This document shows, piece by piece, positions 13,976 to 26,720 of a stretch of 64,000 bases of DNA. Position 1 is the first letter of the stretch; each line of letters starts with the position of its first letter. The position numbers and the translations under genes were made by a program. The DNA is from Octopus vulgaris (lineage: Eukaryota), in NCBI GenBank assembly GCA_951406725.2, contig OX597814.1:97278001-97342000 (forward strand). Reading direction: 5' to 3'. The notes beneath the pieces are model-generated. The model saw only the letters and a program-made list of their open reading frames with translations, had not been told where the DNA came from and searched no databases.

Positions 13976-15067
13976 ATATATATATATATATGTATATGTA
14001 TATATAGTACCTATCGATAACAGTATCATTATCACCACTTTTTACTATAAGCAAATTTTCTTAGTAACCATTACAGTCTTCTGACCAAAATTTAGATGTC
14101 TAATAACTATACACCAATATTAATTTTGATATTATGAAAAGAAGCTAAAATTCCCTTTTAAATCAAACTGAATTCTTATTTCCTTAAAGGCAAAACAGAA
14201 TTGCATCACAACTCATTACTTATGTCATATCTCAGCCTCATTTAAGTTTTTAGATAAGAATGTGTATTAATCCACTCCTCCCTCATAAGCTCCTTACCTA
14301 ATTTACTGTCCTAAATTTATTTCTAACAATACTAACTGAAAGCTGTACATGAGATTAGACAAAACTGCTCTGAGGGGAAATACCGTATTAGTGAAAGATG
14401 CTTTTATGTTTGCACATGTTGTCTGTGTACATTTGTTTTAAAAGAAGACAATTCAAAAATTTAGAATTAAAATTCTTTATTTCTTTTTAAATAAAACAAT
14501 TTGAAAAAAAAATCTAGTTTGAAATTTTTTCCTTTATACCATCCTAAGGGTGTAGTTAATATTTAATAAGTCATCTCCATTAACCCATTCTAAAAATTAA
14601 CTCTTTGTAAACTGAAAAAGAATTAACACTTTCTCAACTGAAATCATAGTTATAGCTTGAAGGGTATTAATGCATTCTAAAATGGAGTCAAATATTTGAC
14701 TAAGTGGGTTATGTTTACATTACTTGTGGGTCATCTTAAAAATTAGGTTACTGATCAAGTACAATTCATAGTAATGCACTTTAGTTACTGCACTTTTATT
14801 TAGTTATGCATTTATTTATGCATTTGTGCATAAAACAAAGTAAAAACAAACACGATTCACTTTAAGATTGCTTATCTTGGAATCTAATACAAGGAGCAAG
14901 TTCAAAATGTCACCAGAAATGTTAATATTTGTTCGGAGTCATTATAATTCTGATTTCAAATCTCACTGTGATCAATTTTCTCTTTCATCCCTCTGGAGTC
15001 AATAAAATGAAGTTCTAGTCGAGTACTGGAGTTAATTTAATCAACTAGCACCCTCTCCCAGATTTGC

Positions 15068-15300
15068 AACGGTCAAAATCATCCCTTTTGTTATCGGTGC
15101 ACTCAGAACAGTCTCAAAGAATCTGAATGCAATACCTGAGATTTTGGGCATACCAGATATAGCAGGGAGCACACAGATGGCTGTGGTGCTTGAAATAGCT
15201 AATGTTCTGAGGAAGGTGTGTCTCTGAGCTGTGGGCAAGAGCTGAGGCATAATTATACACAACCTGATCATAAAAGATCTATGTGTTGGAGAACAATGAC
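15068..15300 (+). mobile_element. RLE-clade LINE extreme 3' fragment
   Basis: Reads VKIIPFVIGALRTVSKNL..LGIPDIAGSTQMAVVLEIANVLRKV, followed by an (ACA/ATA)n tail. Confidence 0.6.
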
Positions 15301-15614
15301 AACAATGATTAACAATAATGATGACAAAGACAACAACAACAACAACAACAATAATAATGACAACAATGACAATTCTTTCTTATTTTTGGTTTAAAGCCAG
15401 CAAATTTGAGGGCTTGGGAAGTCAGTTATATCGATCTCAAAAGGATCAAAAGGCAAAGTTGACCTCAACAGAATTTGAACTCAAAATGTTAAATCAGAAG
15501 AAATGCTACTAAGCGTATTGTATGACACAGTAATGATTTTACCAGCAATGATGATGATGATGATAACAATAATGATAATAACAACAACAAGAATAACAAC
15601 AATCTGGTTGAGAA

Positions 15615-16335
15615 ACACAAGTCTGAGCTCTGAAGATTCTTGAGTGCAGCACACAATCGAAGCCCCCTGCCAATAAGCCCATCAAATGAATATTATGAAG
15701 CAGAATATTAAGTAGCTGCAGAATATATGGAAACAAGAAAGAAACTATTAACCACATTGCTTCTGGCTGTCTAGTCAAAGCTAAGAAAGAATACATTCAT
15801 AGATGTGAAGAGTTAAAACTTATATACACTGGAAGTTATATCAGCATTATGAAACACCAGAAGATAAGAGGTGGTAGAGAGAAGTATGAGAAAGCAAACA
15901 TACTCTGGGATGTACCAATACACTCAGGTAGGAAGATCAAGTCTAATGGATCAGATATTGTTGTCAAAGATAACCACAAATAGAAATGCCCCCTAATCCC
16001 AACAAATATGTCTTGCAAGAAATGGGGAAATAATTCAAATATAAAGACCTGGAAATAAAAATAACTTAAATATGAAAGCTGAAAACAGAACAATAATTGG
16101 TGCTTTGGTAATAATAAAAGAAACATGCAAACAAATGCATAACCAAAATCCCAAAACTTACAAATATGCACAACATGTAGAAAAATAATACTACTAAGCA
16201 CTATGCATAATTATGTAGAGTACTTTCAATATGAAAGATGGATCAAAACCAACGCAAAATACTGCACCTACCTAAAGCACATAGAGCTGTGCTTGGTAGT
16301 GTAATGAAAGCATGCAATAAAAACAAGACTACTGA
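15615..16335 (+). mobile_element. Second degraded copy of the R4/Dong-like LINE 3' end
   Basis: Colinear with 2470-3173 (CRIYGNKKETINHIASGC; the 3' UTR gcacatagagctgtgcttggtagtgtaatgaaagc is shared). Ends in an (ACA)n tail. Confidence 0.8.
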
Positions 16336-16343
16336 ATGACAAT

Positions 16344-16379
<36 letters not shown>

Positions 16380-16807
16380 AATTCTTTCTACTATTAGCAG
16401 AAAGCATGAAATTTTGAAGGAGAGGAATAGTCAATTACATCGATCTCAGTGTTCAACAGATACTTATATCATTGACGCCAAAAGGATGAACGGCAAAGTC
16501 TACCTCAGCAGAATTCAAACTCAGAACTTAAAGACAGATGAAATGTGCTAATGATTCTGTCAGCTTGCTAACTTATCAATAAAAATGTTTTCTAATTTAT
16601 GCACAAGGCCAGCAATTTGGTGAGAAGGGAGTTAGTTGGTACCATCAACCTCAGTGCTTGACTGATATATTGCTATTTTATCAATATTAGAGATAGAATT
16701 TTATTTGAACCCAGTACGTGAATAACTGGAATGGATACCACAAGCTATTTTTTCCAACACTCTAATGATTCTCAAATATTAATATTTGCTGGTATTATTT
16801 AATATTA

Positions 16808-17020
16808 AAGGCAGTGAGCTGGAAGAATGGTTAGCATGCCAGACAGAATACTTCATAGCATTTCATCCATCTTTATGTTCTTGCTTCAAATTCTCTTGAG
16901 GCTGACTTTGCTTTTCATCCTTTACGGTTGATAAAATAGGTACATTTGAGCTCTGGGATTGATGTAATTGACTTACCCCATCCCTTGAAATTGCTGGCCT
17001 TGTGCCAAAATTTGAAATCA
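16808..17020 (+). mobile_element. Abundant short SINE family (copies at about 16380-16570, 42390-42590, 47345-47550, 47618-47820, 54825-55240 and 62368-63265)
   Basis: Shared head aaggcagtgagctggcagaat.gttagc and core gagttcaaattc.gccgaggt.gactttgcctttcatcctttc.gggt.gataaa...gtaccag. Confidence 0.8.
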
Positions 17021-17304
17021 GTATTTTTTATTATTTATCAAAAAGAGGTAGAGAAGAAAATTATAATTTTAAATATGATTTTTCCAAAATTATCAACATT
17101 TTACCATTCTAAGATAGGGAATTTTAAATTTTGAAGAAAGTATCAAAGTATATGTGAGTTTCACTATACCAAAAACTAAATTTCAACCGTCTAGAGAATG
17201 TAAGATGTAGGAATCCTTTCTACTGGAAGCACAAGGCCTCAAATTTGGGAGAAGAGATCAAGTTGATTACATCAACCCCAGTGAGTAACTGGTACTAATT
17301 TTAT

Positions 17305-17772
17305 TGACCAGGTCTTCTCAAGCACAGCATATCTCCAAAGGTCTTGGTCACTTGTGAAGCCCAACGTTCGAAGGTCGTGCTTTACCACCTCATCCCAGGT
17401 CTTCCTGGGTCTACCTCTTCCACAAGTTCCCTCTACTGCTAGGGTGTGACACTTTTTCACACAGCTGTCCTCATCCATATGCAACACATGACCATACCAG
17501 TGCAGTCATCTCTCTTGCACACCACATCTGATGCTTCTTATGTCCAACTATTTGCTCAGGGTACTTACACTCTATTGTGTATGCACACTGACATTACACA
17601 TCCAGCGGGTCATATTAGCTTCATTCTTTGCAAGCTTACACATATCCTCAGCAGTCATGGCCCATGTTTCACTGCCATGTAGCATTGCTGTTTGCACACA
17701 TGCATCATACAGTCTACCTTTTACTCTGAGTGAGAGGCCCTTTGTCACCAGCAGAAGTAGGAGCTCTCTGAA
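17305..17772 (-). mobile_element. RTE-like LINE 3' ORF fragment (same family as 56755-59706)
   Basis: ORFs read VKGRLYDACVQTAMLHGSETWAMT and MDEDSCVKKCHTLAVEGTCGRGRPRKTWDEVVKHDL. Confidence 0.9.
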
Positions 17773-18559
17773 CTTTTTTTTAAAATAATTAAAAAAAAAA
17801 TCATATATTATTATTTTAGGATGAAAGAAAAATGACATGCTGATGAATAACATCACCGAGTGTAAAACCACTGCAGCCAATAAAAATCTAGGAGTGTCTT
17901 AAAAAAATGAGAACATATTGGATAGTGGAGTTCAGGGTACATTACTCCTAGAAAAGAAAGGTTTGTCATCACTGGTATGCCATGATCAGCCTATCATATA
18001 ATCATATGTCTACTAAATAAAGGCTGACTTCAGTCAAAGCAATAACAAGCATATTGCAATTGAAGTTGAAAAAGAAATGGATTCAGAATGATACCAGAAA
18101 AATGAATGTTTCTATAGCAGTGAACCATCGGAAATTTATAAGAAAAGGATACTTGCTATGTGGAAACTATTGACAAGTTCTCAATCTAAGAACAATGATT
18201 AGTGGATCAAATATATTTAATTAAATGAAAAAAGTAATGATCTGGAGACTTCAGAAGGGAGTGTGATCAAATGCAAAAATTGCAGTTGGTAGTGAGGAGA
18301 AGGGAAATTATATTTATAATGTCTATAATGAGTTTGGTATTTGTTCCAGTCCAGTAAGGAAGACCCACAGTAGAGTATTTACTCAAGTCAAGTTGTAGGT
18401 ATGTGAAATTTTTTACGACTTTATTCAATGGAACAACCCAACTCCTGCATTGAACCACTTCTAACCATGTTAAATAGTTTTAGCCTTAAGATCATTGGAC
18501 ACAAGATTGTAAAAACATGCAGTGCTATAACAATATGAAAGTCGCAATGCCAACAACAA

Positions 18560-19690
18560 CAACAATAATAATAATGGGAAAATATACATTATGTAAGAAA
18601 GAAATACTACAATACCAAGGCAAGAGTGATAAAGGATAATGTGGAAGAAGAGAACACAACTAATGAAAAAAGATTAGAAATTTTAGAAGGCTTAATGATA
18701 TCAAAAGAAGAATATAAAGGGATTAGGAAACTTAAAGGAATAAGGAAGAATTACCAACCAAAATTAATTACCATCATTAAGAAGAAGAGAAAATGCAGAT
18801 AATCCTTGGAAGTAAGAAAATTTAATGACATCCTGAAAAAGACAAGTAAACATTACTAATACCAAAGTTCTGTTAAACAATGGATCTGCACTTGTCACAG
18901 ATATGTTTGGTGTTGAATTTAAGGAAGAAAAAACATAAGTAATAGAGCCAAGGTGGAAAAGGTAACTGAAGGACAAGTAAAAGATCTTAAAAAAAAAAGG
19001 ATCAGAGGCATCTTTCTCAATTTCTGAAAAGAGTATCAAAAAGGCTTATAGGAAATTACCTAGAGGGTAGATTAAAAGAATACAAAGAATGAAAACAAAA
19101 GAATATAAATAAATTAATTTCAACAATAGACAAAGCAGTGTAAATGAAACAGAATGAAGGCTTTGTTATCATAAATGCTTAACCAGTATTATTTTGATTT
19201 ATCCTTATCTGGCTCATTGTTTTTTTATTGTTTTTCTGTCCAGTTTAGATGCTGATAGAGTAACATGAAGGCAACATGAGTGGGGTCAAAAATGAACTGA
19301 AATCTGTAAGTAATGCACATTGAGGTGTATCCATGATACAGTGTTGATATACTGTTTATGCTGACAGAGGTGGGATACAGAAGGCTACTTCATACAGCAC
19401 TTTCCACTCATAAATTTAATAAAATACACAAGAAAAGGGAAGAGAACTTTATATGTGCAACTGATATAAAATATTTTGAAACAGAAAAGGGATTACAAAT
19501 AAAAGAAAAGGGAGAGGTTGACTCAATGAAAAGAAAATGTGTGGTATGTACAGTTTTACCTGACAAACTGGAGATCTAAAGAGAGAGTAACAGTAGGGTT
19601 GTCTAAAAGTCAAAAGATTAAAGAGGGGAAACTGATAGCCTGATCATGGTTGTACAAGAACAATGATTTGAATAAACTTGTTAAATCCTT
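18560..19690 (+). mobile_element. Highly degraded LINE fragments (probably R4/Dong-like)
   Basis: A-rich coding-like remnants after an (ACA/ATA)n tract, such as EPRWKR.LKDK and LKRGETDSLIMVVQEQ. Confidence 0.45.
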
Positions 19691-19699
19691 AGTTATATT

Positions 19700-21490
19700 G
19701 AGTAATAATATAGGAAAGTGTTAACTGAGACTATTCTTGTATTGCAGACATGCAACCAATACAAGAGGTATTTACAAGACCAAATTATTTGGATGAAGCA
19801 GGAACCTCTTGACATCAGGGAAAAAGATCATCAACACAAATGTGAAGTTTCATCTATTGGGTTGGCAACTAAGTTCCTGCCATTTTACAAAATTTTTGAA
19901 ATTATTGTGTTTTTAAATTTTGGAATCTATATTTTTTCAAGAATTCTATTTTTGAATCATTTTGGAATCTATTTTGTTTCTTTTCTAGTTAATTTTAGTT
20001 AGTTTTTGTTTATTTTCAGATCATTAAAATGGAATGTCAAGTTAGGAAAAACGAGTATTTCCGACTCCTCCTTCTTTTTGCTTTTAGTGAAGGTTCTAAG
20101 GCCGCAAGAATTGCTTGTGATTGGTATGCCAAGTTCAAAAAATGGAAATTTTGACCTCAAAGACGCACCTCATTCTGGCTGTCCAGTTGAGTTTGATGAA
20201 GAATGATTAAACCACCTTTTGCACAAAAATTCTCGTCAAACTGCTATAGAGAAGCATCTTCACTCAATGGGAAAGGTTCAGAAGTATGGAGCATGGGTTG
20301 TGCATGCTTTAAGTGACAACAACAAAAATCAACGAGATACAATCTCTGCTGGTTTGCTTGCTCGTCATTGCTCAACTCATGGACACAAGCAACGATTTCT
20401 TTACTGAATCATTACTGGTGATGAAAAATGGTGCCTGTACATCAATATGAAGCAGTGTAAGGAATGGCTTAGCCCCGGTAAACAAGTGACACTGCACATG
20501 AAACAAGTTCTTCATCCACGTAAAATGATGTGTGTATGGTGGAACTGGGAAGGGATTATCCATTACAAATTGCTTGAATGGAACCAAACGGTCAATGTGG
20601 AACTCATAAGATGGAACAACTCAACACGACTATTCAAGAGAAAATACCTAATCAGCAGCATGGAGTTCTTCTGCTGCATGAGAACGCCCGCCTTCATATC
20701 GCCAATATGACCAAGGAAGACATTCAAATGCATGGCTGGGAAGTGCTGCCACACCCACCATACTCTCCTGATTTGGTACCAATGGATTTCCACCTGTTTT
20801 GATCTCTTTCAAATGCTATGTGCGGAGTTTTGTTCAATACCAATACAGAATTGAGAGCTTGGTTGGATTAATTTTCCGAGTTAAAATCAGGTAATATCTA
20901 CCAACGAGGTATTGAAAATCTTGTTGAACATTGGGAAGAAGTTGTAAACAACAAGGGTGAAAATATTATTGATTAATTAGTTGTTAATTTTTATTAAACC
21001 TTTTAAAAAATTAAAATTTTAAAAAAATGGCAGGAACTCAGTTGCCAACACAATACATAACTCCATCATCTTGCCTACTGCAGTCTATGACCGTGAGATT
21101 TGAAAAAGCAGAGTAAAGATGGATAGAAAACTAAATATATTCCATCAAAGGTACCTCAGAAAGATCCTGAAGGTAAACTGGTGAGACCATGTCATAAATG
21201 AGGAGATTCTAGGAAGAACAAGGTCATGATCACTGCAAGAGATTGTAGCAGAGCAACAATTTAATCTAGCCAATCAATGGCACTCAGAAACAGCTATGAC
21301 TTAGATATCACCTGACAGCAGGCAAAAAGGGGTAGGCAGAAGGTCACTTGGATGCAGACATTTCGAGATGACCTGGAGACAGTCAACATTATGTAGAATG
21401 TGGGTGCAAGAGCAACAGCTGACTGAACCTAGTGAAGGAAGTTTGCCCCCCACCTCAATGCACTGAGCAATGCAGGAGGACCTAAAGCTA
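19700..21490 (+). mobile_element. RTE-like LINE 3' remnant split by a mariner insertion
   Basis: Joining the flanks restores TNVKFHL|HNSIILPTAVY, which continues into RKLNIFHQRYLRKILKVNW.DHVINEEILGR. Confidence 0.7.
19857..21053 (+). mobile_element. Near full-length, inactivated mariner transposon
   Basis: TIRs ttgggttggcaactaagttcctgccatttt / aaaatggcaggaactcagttgccaacacaa with TA on both sides. The broken transposase contains WVVHAL, TGDEKW, HENARLH and PPYSPDLVPMDFHLF. Confidence 0.95.
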
Positions 21491-21567
21491 AACTATCAGA
21501 AAGATCATAATCTGTACAAAGGGTGTGAAAAAAAGATACAAGAATCACTAACTATAGAAGATGTAGA

Positions 21568-21815
21568 GGTACATGGCTTAGTGATTAGGATGTTGGACTC
21601 ATGATCACAAGATTGTGGTTTCAATTCCTGGACTGGTTGATGTGTTGTGTTCTTGAACAAAATACTACATTTCACGTTGTTCCAGTTCACTCAGCTAGCA
21701 AAAATGAGTTATCCTGCAATGGACCAGTGTCCCATCCAGGTGGGGAGTATATATGCCATGAAACCGGGAAACCAGCCCTTATGAATCAGTCTGACTTGAG
21801 AAGGTAAATTTACTT
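21568..21815 (+). mobile_element. tRNA-derived SINE (related copies at about 32895-33160 plus, 60720-60930 minus and 62120-62345 minus)
   Basis: A box TGGCTTAGTG and B-box-like GGTTTCAATTCC. The body gtgttcttga.caa.a.act..atttcac.ttg.tccagt.cactcagct is shared with the SINE at 3502. Confidence 0.8.
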
Positions 21816-24800
21816 TCAATATAGAAGATGGATACACTGAAGTGCATAAGTGGAAGTACACACAGCTGAATGGGATTCCATGTTGGTTGTAGGTAATTCA
21901 AAACATGCTCACATTTCACTATCCTGAATTAAAGACAAACATTCTCTCTTCCACTATAAACATTCCTATGTTCTTCTTCATTTCATCTCTCTCATATAAG
22001 CCTTAATAGAAAAATATCACTCTATAGAAACTTAGCATATGACTTAGCTATTTAAAGCTTTTAGATTTATTAGAATTATATGAACTGTTAGAATTAAATA
22101 CATATATATATATTGTCTCAATAAGGTAATTAACAAATATGGTGAGATGTATTATATATATATATATATAAATGAATAATACTAAATGATGCAAAATAAA
22201 ACAAATAAAATAAACAAAAAACAGAACAAAACAACCCTCATTATCTTTCATATCAAAGCTACTATTAATATTTAATGAAAAATCTGATGACACACATTTT
22301 TCCTTTCATACATTGTTATACTCTGAATTATCAAAACCTAAATGTTATATTTCATTAATATTTCAAATGTTACTTTCTTTCTTTTTTCACTTATCTAAAA
22401 GTGAATAGAGAAAAAAATTATAGTTATTCAATAGGTAAATCTGTTAACACAGTAATGATAGTGTGAAGTAAAATCTATTAGTAAACAGAAAATAATTTTC
22501 AAATAGTGGAATATTAGATAAGAGATATTTGATATTTTAATATCTAAAATATTTCTCAAAGATAAATCTATCAACTACAATATGGAGGTGATGGTGTTGT
22601 TGATTGTATTAATTGTGATGGTAATTAATGATAATTGCGACAATAATAGTAATGTCATAGTGACTTATGATGATGAATAAAGAGTACATGTGATAAATGT
22701 CTGTTGATTCATTAGCTGCCTATAGTTACGTCCATTGACTTAACAGCCTCATGTTAAATGACTTGGTCATGGATATTGTGCCTGATCACTGGCTGTAATA
22801 TGAACCTGCGATCTGTTGGCTTGTTGACCTCTCTACTATCATAAGTGATAGGATATTAGGTTGTAGTTCTTCAGTCAATAGGTAAGCTGCCTGTCCATCC
22901 ATCATCATCACTGTTGCCATCACCATCGTCACCACCAAACCCCCCACCCCCGCCACCACCATAACCATCATCATCATTTAAAGTCTGTGTTCCATGCTGG
23001 CATGGGCTGAATGGCTCAACAGGATTTGACTAGCCTGAGGACTATGTTGGTCTTCAGTGTTAGCTTTGGTAAGGTTTCTATGATTGGATGCCCTTCTTAA
23101 TGCCAACCACTTTACAGAATGTACTGGGTGCTTTTTTTATGGCATGCAGCATTTCTACTGTATATATATACATATATTAATTGAAGCGTACAGTATTATA
23201 TATCCATTATGGCCAATCTTACCAATTGGTTGCACACTAGGGGTTCAACGGAGTGTTAGGTCTGATTATGTGTTAAGTCTGATTATGCAACCCTGTGCTC
23301 TTCAGAGATGGCAATAATGGAATGAAATATGGTGACTGTTTTCTATTATTGGAGGCAAACAGATACAGGCTGGTTTGTGGTGAAAAAGATGAAACAAGCT
23401 AAGCAAAGGTTAAGTACCAAAAACACCATCTTTGTGAGTGTTGCAAGTCAGCAAGAGTTTTCTGGAAAAGAATTTATGGGAAATGTGTGCATCTTGAAAG
23501 CTGGTGCTCTTGAAGGAATGGATTGTGTGTAGTGGCACTATACATATAGCATTTGTAGGGGGCTGTGTTCATTAGCGTGTTTTCTTTATTTTATGTTTTG
23601 GTTAGATTCTTGGGGTATTTATATATGCATGCAGTAGTGTAGGGGTACAATATAAGTGGTGGTTTATACTGGGGGTGGCGAAGGCCCTTTCAGAACCCAC
23701 TATAACAACCACAAGTCTTCCTGGAGAGATGTAATGCCACAATCCTAGCCAAGTATATATGGTTGTAGAAAGAAAATGCCACTGAGTACAGCATAAAGTG
23801 GAGGATTCTAGAGAAATGTAATGCATTCTTCAATAACAGCAGGAAGTGCAGATTATGCCTGGCTGAGAAAAGTGCAATATTAAAGAGCTCTCAGCTCCCA
23901 GGCTTCTACCTGAACAGCAGAAGCAAAATTTTTAATCCTTTCCCACATGAAAGCAAGTACATCCTATCATACCTGTGTTCCCCATCATTACTATAATCAC
24001 CAGTACTTCAGCTTTGGCTCTCCCACTACCAGTACCTGAGAATCTGGCAAAGAATTTGACCAGAACATACACAAACTCACTCACAAACATATACACCCTA
24101 ACACAGCAGACATCCACCCCATTGACCAGTTTCCACCATGTATTCATATATAATATGTATTCATACATAATACACATCACTATTTATAGACAATGAAATG
24201 CAGTAAAAATATACTTTGTGTATAATATACACTGACTTTTCTTTCAGGTGACCTTTGAGGAAATAATGTAATTAAAAGTGAAACCTGTAAGGAACCAGAA
24301 AAATTTAAACTAACAGCTCATCTTTCCTGAACGATTAAAATGAAGTAAATGCTTCAAAATAAGTGGATCATGCACAACCTTCTGATGTTTTTTTCTTCTT
24401 CACTTTTTGTTCAAAATTTAGAGTTTTGTTCAGATTTCAAAGCTTTAATCCTTGGAGATTGTGTCAGATGTTATTACATTTTTAAATATATTTTTGGCTG
24501 CTTTGATCTTGCTTAATTCTTATCACTGGACAAACATATATCCATTCATAGATTTCTCTTTTGAAAACCTTATATCATACTTCTATAAAAAAAATTTATA
24601 GATGCTAACCCTACAAGTGCACCTGTTGTATAAAATCAACACATGATTATGTTTTTCTAAAAGAAAACAAGAAAAAAATCAACTTTATTTCAATAAATGA
24701 CATTGTATATATTCAGTTTTACTATGAGTTGTTGTGCGTGAACAGATGTTTAAGTGAGTACTTTTTAAAACCTCTTAAAATTTCCATTATACATTTTTTA

Positions 24801-24964
24801 ACAAAATGATCTTTTGAATTTTATATTTTGAACATAAGACATTTATGATTTGGTGATTTTATTTTATAATTTAAATAAAGAAAGTAAACATTTACTTGTT
24901 GATTCGCTAGCTTCTGCACGCATTTTTTTTCTCTCCTTCTTTCTGTGTTTTTTTTCTCTGTGTA

Positions 24965-25002
24965 TCTTTCTGTTGAAGAGCGTAGGCTCGAAACGTTAAA
25001 GA
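24965..25002 (+). ncRNA. Degenerate minimal type I hammerhead ribozyme motif
   Basis: TCTTT CTGTTGA A GAGC GTAG GCTC GAAA CG TT AAAGA: stem I TCTTT/AAAGA, stem II GAGC/GCTC, palindromic AACGTT in place of stem III. Core A6 is replaced by U. Confidence 0.5.
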
Positions 25003-25130
25003 CTTGTTTCATTTATATTTCCTGAGCGCCATACCAATACAATTGTTTGTTTGTATTCCACCTGCCTTCGTCTTTTGTTTATTTCCGTAAACCTGCCTTC
25101 GTCTTTTGTCTATTTTCATAAAGCTTCCCG

Positions 25131-25207
<77 letters not shown>

Positions 25208-25256
25208 TACATATATATATATACATATGTATATATATATATATATACATATATAC

Positions 25257-25314
<58 letters not shown>

Positions 25315-25320
25315 ATGTAC

Positions 25321-25351
<31 letters not shown>

Positions 25352-25355
25352 TAGA

Positions 25356-26206
25356 CAGAGTACGGTGAATAAACTGTAGTCTAAATTACGGAAAAATAAA
25401 AGTAACACTGATATCTCATTTTAACAGATATAGTTACCAAATTTACATAAAAATATCTGGAAATATTAAGGAGTAAATTTATTCAATAAAATCGCCATTG
25501 GCTTCAACCGCAGCCCCCAGATGACTTCAGCATCTCCTGCAACTGTTCTGGATGGTCTCCTTGTTTAAGTTGGTGAATGCTGCCATAATCCTTGCCTTCA
25601 GTTAATCTTTGGTGTTACAAGGAGTTTTGCTAGTCTCTAGCTCAACTATGACCCACACATAATAATCAAGAGGGTTGCAGTCTGGAGAGTTAGGTGGCCA
25701 GATGTTAGGGATGATGTGGTCACAGAAATTGTCTGACAGCCATGACTGGGTTTTCCTGTTTGTGTGGTATGGTGCAGAGTCTTGTTGCTAGACATAGGGT
25801 GTTCCAGCAGCTACCCTCTTGACCCAGGGCAGCACTACCTCCTCCAGGCACTTGATGTAGGCCTCTGTGTTGAGTCTGAGGCTGTGTGGGAATATGATTG
25901 GAAGCATAACATTGCCATCACTAGTGATCACTCCAAACACCACAATCTCCTCAGATTGCAATGCCCTCAGATTGACACCTAAACACTCTGTAATGTTCAC
26001 ATTGGAGCTCCTGGTACAAATACTAAGCAGTACAGCATGTTGTTTCCAAATTTCTGGCAGAGTGAATTGTATCATGGTGCTGTTTTTCTCGTAGATTGTA
26101 CCCAACTGATGCTACTACACTGTGTAGTTGACAAAATCAAGATCAAACAATGCTCAAGTGCGAAATTAAAAATGTAAAATGGCAACAATTTACCTATCAA
26201 ATCCTG
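25356..26206 (-). mobile_element. Internally deleted Tc1/mariner-superfamily element (maT/DD37D-like)
   Basis: The minus strand reads VVFGVITSDGNVMLP..QQDSAPYHT..WPPNSPDCNPLDYYVW. Imperfect TIRs (cagagtacggtgaataaactg / caatttacctatcaaatcctg) lie in TA-repeat context. Confidence 0.88.
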
Positions 26207-26231
26207 TATATGTATATATATATATAGATAG

Positions 26232-26269
<38 letters not shown>

Positions 26270-26310
26270 GATAGATAATATATATATATATATATATATA
26301 GATAGATAAT

Positions 26311-26580
26311 ATATATAAATTAGAGAAAAAAACACTATTATGCAATTGATAGACATAAACGAAATCATAAATAAAAGATAAAATATATTTTAAAACATAT
26401 AACTAGATCACAAAAAGTACAAAAATGAATAAACAATATATAATTGTTTATTCATTTTTGTACTTTTTGTAATCTAGTTATATGTTTGTAAAAATATATA
26501 TTTTATTTTTTATTTATGATTTGGTTTATGTCTATCATTGTTTGAATTGCACAATAGTGGTTTTTCTCTAATTTATATAT
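26311..26580. repeat. Long imperfect AT-rich palindrome (arms of about 130 bp)
   Basis: aattagagaaaaa..aacatataactagatcacaaaaagtacaaaaatgaataaa pairs with tttattcatttttgtactttttgtaatctagttatatgttt..tttttctctaatt. Confidence 0.85.
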
Positions 26581-26648
26581 ATTTATATTGTGAAATTTGA
26601 TTGAATACTAAATTGAATTTTTCCCTGTAAGTTTGGAGTTATACTCCC

Positions 26649-26720
<72 letters not shown>

